A stretch of 64,000 nt of DNA from the IMG/VR virus record IMGVR_UViG_3300002026_000001, positions 32,001-96,000 of that record; one strand, given 5' to 3'. Every line of letters starts with the position of its first letter. Positions within the stretch are counted from its first letter, which is position 1. The notes beneath the pieces were generated by a model. The model saw only the letters and a program-made list of their open reading frames with translations, was not told the DNA's origin and made no database searches. Both the position numbers and the translations under genes were made by a program. The stretch comes from a virus. This document shows positions 20,580 through 28,213 of the stretch, in pieces.

Positions 20580-20613
20580 AATGTTCTCTCGGAGTGGCTA
20601 ACCAGTACGTCTA

Positions 20614-20802
20614 TCAATACATCTTGACCATGTTGCCTTTACGGGCGGCAGCAGTGTTGGCGTCTTCTCGGTCTTTTTTGTACTTGGAATAGAAGTACAG
20701 GAGTTTCAAGCTTGGCATGGAGTCATCAGATTGCAACCCACGATACTTCAGTAGGTCATACTCCATGTCAAGCAAGTCCTCCTCCGAGGCTATTGGAAAA
20801 AA
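20614..20802 (-). CDS. -1 frame extension of the tail assembly chaperone (G/GT-like), 62 codons, absent from the ORF track
   Basis: Open frame FFPIASEEDLLDMEYDLLKYRG...KGNMVKMY-TGA-TAG beginning at the slippery T TTT TTC and ending 34 nt before the tape measure ATG. Confidence 0.7.
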   Translation of the reverse strand, partial: FFPIASEEDLLDMEYDLLKYRGLQSDDSMPSLKLLYFYSKYKKDREDANTAAARKGNMVKMY

Positions 20803-21569
20803 CTTAACGCATTCAGCTTCAGCTTTGTCGTGTGTTCAACACGGCAGCGGTTGCAGAAGAATGTAACTTCCTCGTCAATACCGTGGATGGTCTTACGGTT
20901 AATGTCGAGTGCTTCGCCAATCAAATTGGGGTTTGCTTCCGCCGCAGCAAGTTTTTCGGCCCACGTGTTACCGGCAATCCACTGGACCGCAGGTGCAATG
21001 TACGCCATTTCAGGATCAGCCAGTGCAGCAGCGCGATCTTCATAAATGTTCATACGTGGGAAGTCGAAACCTTCGGGCAATGAGAAGTTCTCGTCAAGAG
21101 AAAGAATTCGTGTGTCGGTGTCGTGTAGGACGCTCGTGTTTTCCGTGTTGCATTCCGAGGCGTCGTACTGTTCTTGAAGTTGTTCGACAGTGGGCCACTT
21201 GTCTTGCGAATACAGAAGCGGTTGCTTCGTTTCCTTGTGGACAAAGTATGGCTGGTGGCATTTCCATTCAGTGATGTATGGAGACTTCGGCATGCTCTTG
21301 AGACGTAGCCAAAGCATTACGTAGTAAAAATCACCAATCGTCAGACGCTCGACTGGGTAGGAGATAACGTTGTCAACTGCGCGGAGCAGGTGAGACATTT
21401 CTCCAAGTTGTGCAGCGACCGACAGCATCTTGTACTCGGCAAGTTTGAATGGCCGAATATAAAACGTAGCCATGTCCAGATACGGAATACCTTGCGATGG
21501 CAACACGCCAAGGTCGTGGAACGTCGCATCTTGCGCGATCTGTTGTAGCTTCTCGGTATCACATTTCAT
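20790..21569 (-). CDS. Tail assembly chaperone or baseplate hub assembly protein (gp26-like)
   Basis: IRPFKLAEYKML, LTIGDFYYVMLWLRLKS, C..C Zn motif, LNALSFF end; lies between tube and tape measure genes. Confidence 0.7.
   Translation of the reverse strand: MKCDTEKLQQIAQDATFHDLGVLPSQGIPYLDMATFYIRPFKLAEYKMLSVAAQLGEMSHLLRAVDNVISYPVERLTIGDFYYVMLWLRLKSMPKSPYITEWKCHQPYFVHKETKQPLLYSQDKWPTVEQLQEQYDASECNTENTSVLHDTDTRILSLDENFSLPEGFDFPRMNIYEDRAAALADPEMAYIAPAVQWIAGNTWAEKLAAAEANPNLIGEALDINRKTIHGIDEEVTFFCNRCRVEHTTKLKLNALSFFQ
20796..20802 (-). other. Programmed -1 ribosomal slippery heptamer T TTT TTC
   Basis: AGT TTT TTC CAA TAG at the 3' end of the chaperone ORF; fits X XXY YYZ. Confidence 0.7.
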
Positions 21570-21580
21570 GTCATGTCCTT

Positions 21581-22093
21581 TTATTTAAGAAACTTGATTT
21601 TCATCGAGTCGACGCTGAAGTTTTGATTGAACGTAATACGTTCGCTACCCTCAGACGTTAGACTCAGTTGACCAGTGTCAGCCGGCCAACAACCACTGTA
21701 GGTGAGTTCAATCACTTCGTCACCTTTGGAGTCAAGCATTACAACAACCCAATCTTCCTTGAAGTCTTCTGGAAGGTTGTACAACGAAGTTGAAAAGTCC
21801 TTTACCTGCTGTTTCCAATTCCAGATATATTTCAGCGCGTTGCCATTACCGTCACCGTAAAACACCACGTTGAAAGCTGAAGTGTCGTGGAATTCAGGGA
21901 AGTAGTTGTAACCACCACCCATAAACACTCCAGTTGCTTTGACGTTGCTGAATGGTATTTCAAAGCTTTCAACATAGTTGGGCGTTACACCGTAGGCTTG
22001 GCCGCGAGGTACGTCCCGAACAATCCACCTAAACGCGAGTAGAGGATCGGGGCGTCGAAGCAGCATGCCAAGTTGAGTCATTTCAGACGCCAC
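21581..22093 (-). CDS. Tail tube-like protein (gp19 family paralogue)
   Basis: LTYSGCWP..TGQL.L...ITFNQNFSVD tube fold; adjacent to the main tube gene. Confidence 0.7.
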   Translation of the reverse strand: MASEMTQLGMLLRRPDPLLAFRWIVRDVPRGQAYGVTPNYVESFEIPFSNVKATGVFMGGGYNYFPEFHDTSAFNVVFYGDGNGNALKYIWNWKQQVKDFSTSLYNLPEDFKEDWVVVMLDSKGDEVIELTYSGCWPADTGQLSLTSEGSERITFNQNFSVDSMKIKFLK

Positions 22094-22110
22094 GATTTTT
22101 CCTCTCGCCG

Positions 22111-22653
22111 TTAGGTAGTGTAGCCGCCGGTCTTGTCGTAGTAGTCAAACTTGAACCCGATGCTGTGGGTAATCAAGTTGCTGCTGCTACCATCGAACGA
22201 TGTTTCAGGAAGTGACGACGGCCAGATGTTGTACAACGTGTAGATCAACGCTGCATCACCCTTGTTGTCAAAGATTGACAGGACGGCGTTCGTTGCATAA
22301 CCAGTGGCAGCACCATCACCCTTGAACGCACCGTGCTGAGTTTGTGTGCCGCGAATCATTTCGGCCCACTTCTCGAAGATGCGGATAATACCGCCGCGAA
22401 CGTTTTCCACGTACGTGACGTTGAGGTCGTGGTTGAAGGTCTTGTTACCGGCGTAAACAACGCTGTGGCCAAAGAGGGCCACTGCTACTTCATTTACAGT
22501 TTCGCCCGGCTTCGTTGCTTGCTGGCATTGGATCAACAGTGGCTCAGATGCGCCGCTGTCGTTTGGTACTTGCGGAAATTCCAGAGTGAAGTGGTCAGAC
22601 ACCATCGGGTCTTTGATGACGCTCAGGATTTTCCCTAATTGGGGCTTGGGCAT
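22111..22653 (-). CDS. Tail tube protein (gp19-like)
   Basis: IQCQQATKPG, YAGNKTF, FEKW, YTLYNIWP, FKFDYY signature. Confidence 0.85.
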   Translation of the reverse strand: MPKPQLGKILSVIKDPMVSDHFTLEFPQVPNDSGASEPLLIQCQQATKPGETVNEVAVALFGHSVVYAGNKTFNHDLNVTYVENVRGGIIRIFEKWAEMIRGTQTQHGAFKGDGAATGYATNAVLSIFDNKGDAALIYTLYNIWPSSLPETSFDGSSSNLITHSIGFKFDYYDKTGGYTT

Positions 22654-22688
22654 AACAGATACTCCTAGAACATTGAATGGTGACGAGT

Positions 22689-22898
22689 TCAGAACGTCGT
22701 CGGTTGTAGTACTGCACGATTCAGGGCCATCAAACCAGTTTGCAGATCAGTAGCACCAATGTTTACCCAACGTTGGTCGAGTTCTTTTGTATGCCGCATG
22801 TCTGTAATAAGAGTGCCAAGTTCTGCACTCTTTTTTGCAATTTCTGCGAGGAAATCAACGTCTGGTGGCCTAACAGGAATGATTCGACTTGTATTCAT
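22689..22898 (-). CDS. acb2: Anti-CBASS cyclic-oligonucleotide sponge, Acb2 family (divergent N-terminus)
   Basis: C-terminal RWVNIGATDLQTGLMALNRAVLQPTTF closely matches the recalled Acb2 C-terminus [27 protein letters not shown]; TAATG overlap with the sheath stop. Confidence 0.8.
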   Translation of the reverse strand: MNTSRIIPVRPPDVDFLAEIAKKSAELGTLITDMRHTKELDQRWVNIGATDLQTGLMALNRAVLQPTTF

Positions 22899-24493
22899 TA
22901 GGCACCCGTTACGCGAACCCCAGTCTTGTTGATGATTGCATTGAAGTAAATACGCTTCGCTGGCAACGTCGGATCACACCAGAGGTCGACGATCATGTCA
23001 CCGGCGGCAATCGTATCAGGCAAGTTGTTCGTGTCGTCACAGATAGCATCAAACGCGTACAAACCTTCTCCATCCTTGATCTGCTGCAAGAACTTGCGGC
23101 AATTCATTTGGATGCGGCTGCGCAACAGTTGGTCATTAGGGTCAAAGACACTGTAGAGCAACGAGTTTGCAATCGTCTTTTCAATCACGATCATCAAGCG
23201 ACGCACGTTGATGTTGCTCAACGCACTTGGCATGACCTGAAGTGTATCAGCACCCCAAACCTTGATGCCAGCACCTTCAATGACACGGATTGCATTGACT
23301 TGTGAGTCGTACAGTGCATCGCGCATACCTTGATCGTAGACCTTGCGAACACCGGCCACCACCAAGTCACCGCGAATCATACCAGCCGGTGCAAACCATT
23401 GACGGAAGTCACGGTCAGTACGAGCATAGCAAGCCGCGATCATGCCGCTCACCGGAGTGTAGAGGCGAATGTCGTTGTACTTGTCAGCAACGTACACGTC
23501 AGGCGTATACAACGCTGAGTACGAACTGTCAAGATGCAGAGTATCGCGTCGGAAACTGATCACGTCTTGCAACGCTTGCATGTCGCTCGGGGCATCGAGA
23601 ATTGCGATGCAGTCCATACGTGCTTGGCACAGGTCATCCAGCGCCATTTGGAACGATGGGTCTGTGATGCCGCTGTTGATAAACATGCTAACCTGAATGG
23701 CTTCAGGGTCTTGGTAAAGATCAAGGGCGTTTATGAAATCCGACGTCGTCGCGCGAGTACCGTCAACACCACCAACCAGTTGGATACCGGGAAGACTTGC
23801 GTTTCCACCGGTCAGCAACGTGTTGACCAACTGCGCTTTCGGGTTTGCAACAAACTCGGCGTTGTCTTCGTTCTGCACGATACGGATGTAACCGGATTTG
23901 CGGTTGATCTGCTCGGCAACGTTTAGCTGCACACCAAACCCGTCAACAACATGATCGAGGCTGCAATACCATGACTCGACCGGAAGCGCGATGCTCTGCA
24001 CGAACACTTGGATCGTGAAGAAGCCGACGCCGCGACGCGGATCAGTATTCGGAATCACACGAATGCACAGGTCACTGTTCCACGCGCCGGGGTTGATCGC
24101 GTGGACAGCAAACAGGCCGTTTGCTTCAAAAGCAATGTCATCAGGTGACGCAACACCGGACGCGAACGAAGACGAAACGTTTAGCGTGTGTGCTGCATTG
24201 CGGCTGACTTTACACCCACCAAGCAAAGCACCCGGTGCGACCCGCGTGACATACAATTGGTTGCCTTCTGTCAGGAAAGCGAGTGCGCTGTAACCCAACC
24301 AGCTTAAAGACGCGTCAGGCTTGCCAAACAAGTTGACGTAGTCGCTTTCTGACGTCACCAACGTTGCTTTTCCAACTGGACCTCGACGTGCTTCGCCGAT
24401 CACCACACCAATGGTGGCCAAAGACATTTGCGGCCTTTGGCTAAAATCGTTTTCAGTCACGTAGACGCCCGGACTTGTACCAGTGATACTCAT
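22898..24493 (-). CDS. Tail sheath protein (gp18-like)
   Basis: SPGVY..E.D, FGKP, WFAPAG..RG, VWG..TL, INVRRL, IYFN motifs; start at MSITGTSPG. Confidence 0.92.
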   Translation of the reverse strand: MSITGTSPGVYVTENDFSQRPQMSLATIGVVIGEARRGPVGKATLVTSESDYVNLFGKPDASLSWLGYSALAFLTEGNQLYVTRVAPGALLGGCKVSRNAAHTLNVSSSFASGVASPDDIAFEANGLFAVHAINPGAWNSDLCIRVIPNTDPRRGVGFFTIQVFVQSIALPVESWYCSLDHVVDGFGVQLNVAEQINRKSGYIRIVQNEDNAEFVANPKAQLVNTLLTGGNASLPGIQLVGGVDGTRATTSDFINALDLYQDPEAIQVSMFINSGITDPSFQMALDDLCQARMDCIAILDAPSDMQALQDVISFRRDTLHLDSSYSALYTPDVYVADKYNDIRLYTPVSGMIAACYARTDRDFRQWFAPAGMIRGDLVVAGVRKVYDQGMRDALYDSQVNAIRVIEGAGIKVWGADTLQVMPSALSNINVRRLMIVIEKTIANSLLYSVFDPNDQLLRSRIQMNCRKFLQQIKDGEGLYAFDAICDDTNNLPDTIAAGDMIVDLWCDPTLPAKRIYFNAIINKTGVRVTGA

Positions 24494-24504
24494 AACTGCT
24501 CTCC

Positions 24505-24870
24505 TTAACTCCAAAGATACTGAAGGCGAATACGATCAACGCCATCTGGTGGTGAAATTATTACACTTCCTGTCTCACCGTTGTTAATAAAAAGACCTCT
24601 GCACTTCAAGGTGATTGACGTTGCGGCACCTGAAATGTCAACTACGAAGTCCTCTAAGCTACTCAACATCAAAACTGATTTTGTTGGGGGGATGTGCAGC
24701 GGACTCAACGCCGTTATGGTCACGTCGCCTTGGTTGAATACGCTGTCTGTAGGAATCGGTGCAGCTACGGAGCCTTTCAGGATGACAGACCGTGTAAGCA
24801 GGTCTGCCAACTGTACTTTGAATTCCGTGACTACAGTTTTGTCATAGGGAAGATGTTTCGGTGTGCTCAT
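24505..24870 (-). CDS. Hypothetical virion protein
   Basis: ORF in the tail operon with GGAG RBS before MSTPKH. Confidence 0.6.
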   Translation of the reverse strand: MSTPKHLPYDKTVVTEFKVQLADLLTRSVILKGSVAAPIPTDSVFNQGDVTITALSPLHIPPTKSVLMLSSLEDFVVDISGAATSITLKCRGLFINNGETGSVIISPPDGVDRIRLQYLWS

Positions 24871-25516
24871 GTGGCAACTCCACTTCAAATGGCTGTTCGT
24901 CATTGATCGTAATGCTCATGAGTGGTCCGCGTCCGTTGACTGCGCTTACGTCACGGAAGAAACCAATCTGTGCGTGCATAACGAATTGTACATTCACGTC
25001 ACTAGCTCCGGGTGTTTGAGGACTCTGCTCTTCTTGAATGTTGACCGTCGCATCCGTCGGAATCTCCATGCGGACTGCAAACGTAAACATATCGCCAACA
25101 TCAATCTGAAACGTGAGGCCGTCTGTAACACTCAGAATCACGAGTGATTGCGCCATGTTGAGTAAGCGTTTTTGATCGCTGTCAACGTAGTGGAATTCGA
25201 GTCCCAACGTGATCGGGAACAGGTAACCCTTCTTACTTGTTGCTCTGTCAACTGATGGAAGACGCACGCCGTGCTTACGAACTGCGTAGTTGTTCTGCTG
25301 GTCTTTCATACCGGACAGTGCTTGCAGCAGGAAATACGAATATGGGAATTCCATCTTCTGCTTTTCACGTGCGCGCCGGACCATTTCCTGCTTGGTTGTT
25401 TCCGACAGTGAGAAGATGACGCTCTTAATGTCCAGTTCCCGTTCAAGCACAACACGCACTCCATGTAGCGCCATGTACAACATGTTCTCTTTTGCAAGCT
25501 CGGACAATAAGGACAT
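24842..25516 (-). CDS. Tail terminator or sheath stabiliser (gp15/gp3-like)
   Basis: Position upstream of the sheath; MEFPYSYF...PITLGLEFHY...QFVMHAQIG pattern; GGAGAG RBS. Confidence 0.55.
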   Translation of the reverse strand: MSLLSELAKENMLYMALHGVRVVLERELDIKSVIFSLSETTKQEMVRRAREKQKMEFPYSYFLLQALSGMKDQQNNYAVRKHGVRLPSVDRATSKKGYLFPITLGLEFHYVDSDQKRLLNMAQSLVILSVTDGLTFQIDVGDMFTFAVRMEIPTDATVNIQEEQSPQTPGASDVNVQFVMHAQIGFFRDVSAVNGRGPLMSITINDEQPFEVELPHEHTETSSL

Positions 25517-25531
25517 AGACTCTCCCAAAGT

Positions 25532-25569
25532 AAAAAGCCCCGCCCTTCTTTGCAAAAAGGCAGGGCTTT
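25532..25569 (-). terminator. Rho-independent terminator
   Basis: Minus strand AAAGCCCTGCCTTTTTGCAAAGAAGGGCGGGGCTTTTT, a GC stem followed by a U-tract. Confidence 0.7.
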
Positions 25570-25586
25570 GTGTTTTGCTTGATAGA

Positions 25587-26237
25587 TCAGTCTTTCATTA
25601 CAACTGGAGACTTCACTTCAGTGTTCTTGATCCTGACGCTGGAGAACGAGACAGGAACGAGTTCTTGGCCGGGGTAATCGGGATCGAGACCGAGGTCTTG
25701 ATGTTCATCCTCATCACCATCTTCGTCGTCTTCGTCATCACCTTCATATGCGGTGTCTTCAGACGCCAGTGCTTGCATGCTTGCCGAAAGGATTTTTCCG
25801 ATTTGGAACAGTGACGTTGTCTTACGGCGCGTAATGCTTGATACCGAAATCGTGTCGGGTTCGCCACCGTCTTCAGTACCCCAATCATCTTCGCCAGAGC
25901 TTGTTGAATCAACTGCTTGGTCACGACCGGGCGTTGCTGCAAGTTCTGCATCAGGGCCGGTTTCACTAACCTTGCCGTCCTTCGGATCGTTTTCGACGTC
26001 TGTTTGTTCAACGTCAGCTTCTTCACCGTCTTCAACCAGACCGTCTTTGGTCACGGCGTTAGCATCGGGATTAACTTCGCCGTCGAGACGAATCTCTCCG
26101 GGTTCAGTTGTCAGTTCAGCGATCAATGCGTCAGCGCCCTCTGCACCACTTGCTTGTGCAAACAGAACACCAGCGTCTTCGTATTGCTTTGCCTTGAATG
26201 CGGTCATTGCAAGGGCTAGAAACTTTTTCGCGCTCAT
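25587..26237 (-). CDS. Acidic head-associated hypothetical protein
   Basis: D/E-rich 216 aa directly after the MCP; contains SVSS and SFSS motifs. Confidence 0.65.
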   Translation of the reverse strand: MSAKKFLALAMTAFKAKQYEDAGVLFAQASGAEGADALIAELTTEPGEIRLDGEVNPDANAVTKDGLVEDGEEADVEQTDVENDPKDGKVSETGPDAELAATPGRDQAVDSTSSGEDDWGTEDGGEPDTISVSSITRRKTTSLFQIGKILSASMQALASEDTAYEGDDEDDEDGDEDEHQDLGLDPDYPGQELVPVSFSSVRIKNTEVKSPVVMKD

Positions 26238-26300
26238 GTTTGTACTCCGTGTTAGATTTCTCAGATAAGACTACACACGTACATCGTATACTCTTATGTG

Positions 26301-26335
26301 AGAAAGACCGCCACCAATCGAAACTGGTGGCGGCC
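26301..26335 (-). terminator. Rho-independent terminator after the major capsid gene
   Basis: CCGCCACCA-loop-TGGTGGCGG stem followed by TCTTTCT on the minus strand. Confidence 0.75.
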
Positions 26336-26374
26336 ATTCAACATCACACCGATGCAACGATGTTTAGTACAAGC

Positions 26375-27469
26375 TTAGATACGCTTGCCCTTGGAGACCG
26401 AACGCGGGTTCGCAAGAACCATCGAGATCACTTCGGACAGCAGCCAGCCGCGTGACGTGTTGCCGGAATCAGCACCAGTCGTCGGTTCGCTACGAACACC
26501 GCCACGGTCACTGAAGCAGCCGTGATGTTCCGGTGTCGACACAACGTAGATTTCGCCGCGATTCAGAACCTTCTGGTTCGGTTGGCGGAAGCCGTCCGTC
26601 AGCAGGGTCAGGCCGACCAGCGTACCGAGTTGACCGTTCATGACCAAGTCGTACTTGGTGACGGGGTCAAGGAACGAAGCGAAGTCGTTGTTGCCGACAA
26701 TGTCTGACCAGAAGTCATTGGAAATCAGCGCGGTGGTGGCCGGGAGATTCCAGTCGGTGATGCCTTGGCGAATTGTTGCGAGGATTTGCGGTGTCAGTTG
26801 ACCACCGATGTAGTTCAGCGGATTCACGACGCCGACGGTCATGTCAGCGGCTTGTTTCCACAGCTTGTCTTCAGCAACCATGACGCTGTCGAGACCCTGA
26901 TTGTACAGGTTGTCAAGAACGTCGCCGCCGACTTGTTCCATTTCCAGACGGTCAACACGCAGGTTCGCCACGACTTCAAATTCAGCCGGGTAGAATTGCT
27001 TGTTGCGGATCATCTGGTATTGGACGTTGGCCGGGCCGGTTGCAACAACCGACATTGCATCCCACATCGGAACGTTGACGCGCGGCAGTTCGCCTTGCTT
27101 CAGGTTTTGACCGAGCATGATGCGACGCAGGAAACCTTCGCGGTTGCGTTGTTCCTGAATCTGCACGGCCAGATCAGCACCGAGGCTGGACCACTTGGCC
27201 GGATCAGCGTAAGCAGCGACAACAACTTCGCGACGTTCTTGAGCGAGTTGCTGTGACTGTTCGGCTGACAGAGATTGTTGGACGATTGCGCCTGACGACA
27301 TCGAATCAAACATCGTCGTGATGGCACGAATCAGTTCTTTCTTGTCGTTGGCGTTGAACTCGCCGTTGGATTCTGACAGAAGGCGCAGGTTGGAACCGGG
27401 CGCACGAAGGTCAGTGATAGGTGCGCCCGAAGCAAGGACTACTTGAGCGGCGGCATAAGGGTTCTTCAT
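26375..27469 (-). CDS. Major capsid protein (HK97 fold)
   Basis: 364 aa, after scaffold and decoration genes, followed by a strong terminator; HK97-like E-loop and P-domain pattern (FLRRIM...FEVVAN...EDKLW...GQLGTLVGLTLLTD). Confidence 0.85.
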   Translation of the reverse strand: MKNPYAAAQVVLASGAPITDLRAPGSNLRLLSESNGEFNANDKKELIRAITTMFDSMSSGAIVQQSLSAEQSQQLAQERREVVVAAYADPAKWSSLGADLAVQIQEQRNREGFLRRIMLGQNLKQGELPRVNVPMWDAMSVVATGPANVQYQMIRNKQFYPAEFEVVANLRVDRLEMEQVGGDVLDNLYNQGLDSVMVAEDKLWKQAADMTVGVVNPLNYIGGQLTPQILATIRQGITDWNLPATTALISNDFWSDIVGNNDFASFLDPVTKYDLVMNGQLGTLVGLTLLTDGFRQPNQKVLNRGEIYVVSTPEHHGCFSDRGGVRSEPTTGADSGNTSRGWLLSEVISMVLANPRSVSKGKRI

Positions 27470-27507
27470 AACTCAAACTCCTGATTATCTGTGTGAAAAA
27501 TTGCTGA

Positions 27508-28188
27508 TTAACCGACGTTCAGTTCGAGAACGAGGAACGGGTTGCCTGAGTTCGGGCTGTTCTTGACAACAACACCGACGAGGCCGGTGGCTGCGTCAGC
27601 AGGAACGAAAACGCCGCCGTCTTTCAGTTTTGCGTAGGTGGCAGTCGACCAGTCAGCCGAAGCATCGAAGAACGACGTACCAACTTCACCTTGCTTGACA
27701 CAAGCGAGAGTGCCGAGTGCATTTGCGGCCAGACCACCGTAAGGCGCGTCACCGATGATGGTGCGTGCTTCGGCAACCGACAGCGCGTACATGTATTGGA
27801 ACACAACCTTGTGACCAACAGTAGCGGCGTTCAGTGCGTACTCGTTACCGGTGATTTGAACTTCACCAGCGGCGGGTGCAGCAACAACGATGTCTTGCTT
27901 GACGCCGTCGACCGTGACCAGAAGTTGGCCGGTGATCGGAGTGCGTGTCAGCTTGCCGGTAGCTGAAGCGGAAACAACACCTTCTTCAACAATCGGGTAA
28001 AACGCCGGAGGCATGTTACGGGCCATTGCAATACCGGCGAAACGACCACCAGCCTTGCCGATTTGGATTTTGGTTTCGCCGTCGACCTTGATGAAGGTCA
28101 TTGCGACGCCCTCTTCTTGAATGGCTACGCCGGGAGCGAGATTCTCGAAGAGTGACTTGTACAGACGAGTATTACGAAGTTGCAGCAT
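27508..28188 (-). CDS. Head decoration or cement protein (putative)
   Basis: Beta-rich 226 aa directly upstream of the MCP; strongly biased codon usage. Confidence 0.6.
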   Translation of the reverse strand: MLQLRNTRLYKSLFENLAPGVAIQEEGVAMTFIKVDGETKIQIGKAGGRFAGIAMARNMPPAFYPIVEEGVVSASATGKLTRTPITGQLLVTVDGVKQDIVVAAPAAGEVQITGNEYALNAATVGHKVVFQYMYALSVAEARTIIGDAPYGGLAANALGTLACVKQGEVGTSFFDASADWSTATYAKLKDGGVFVPADAATGLVGVVVKNSPNSGNPFLVLELNVG

Positions 28189-28213
28189 GGTTTAAACTCC
28201 TAAAAAATTGCTC

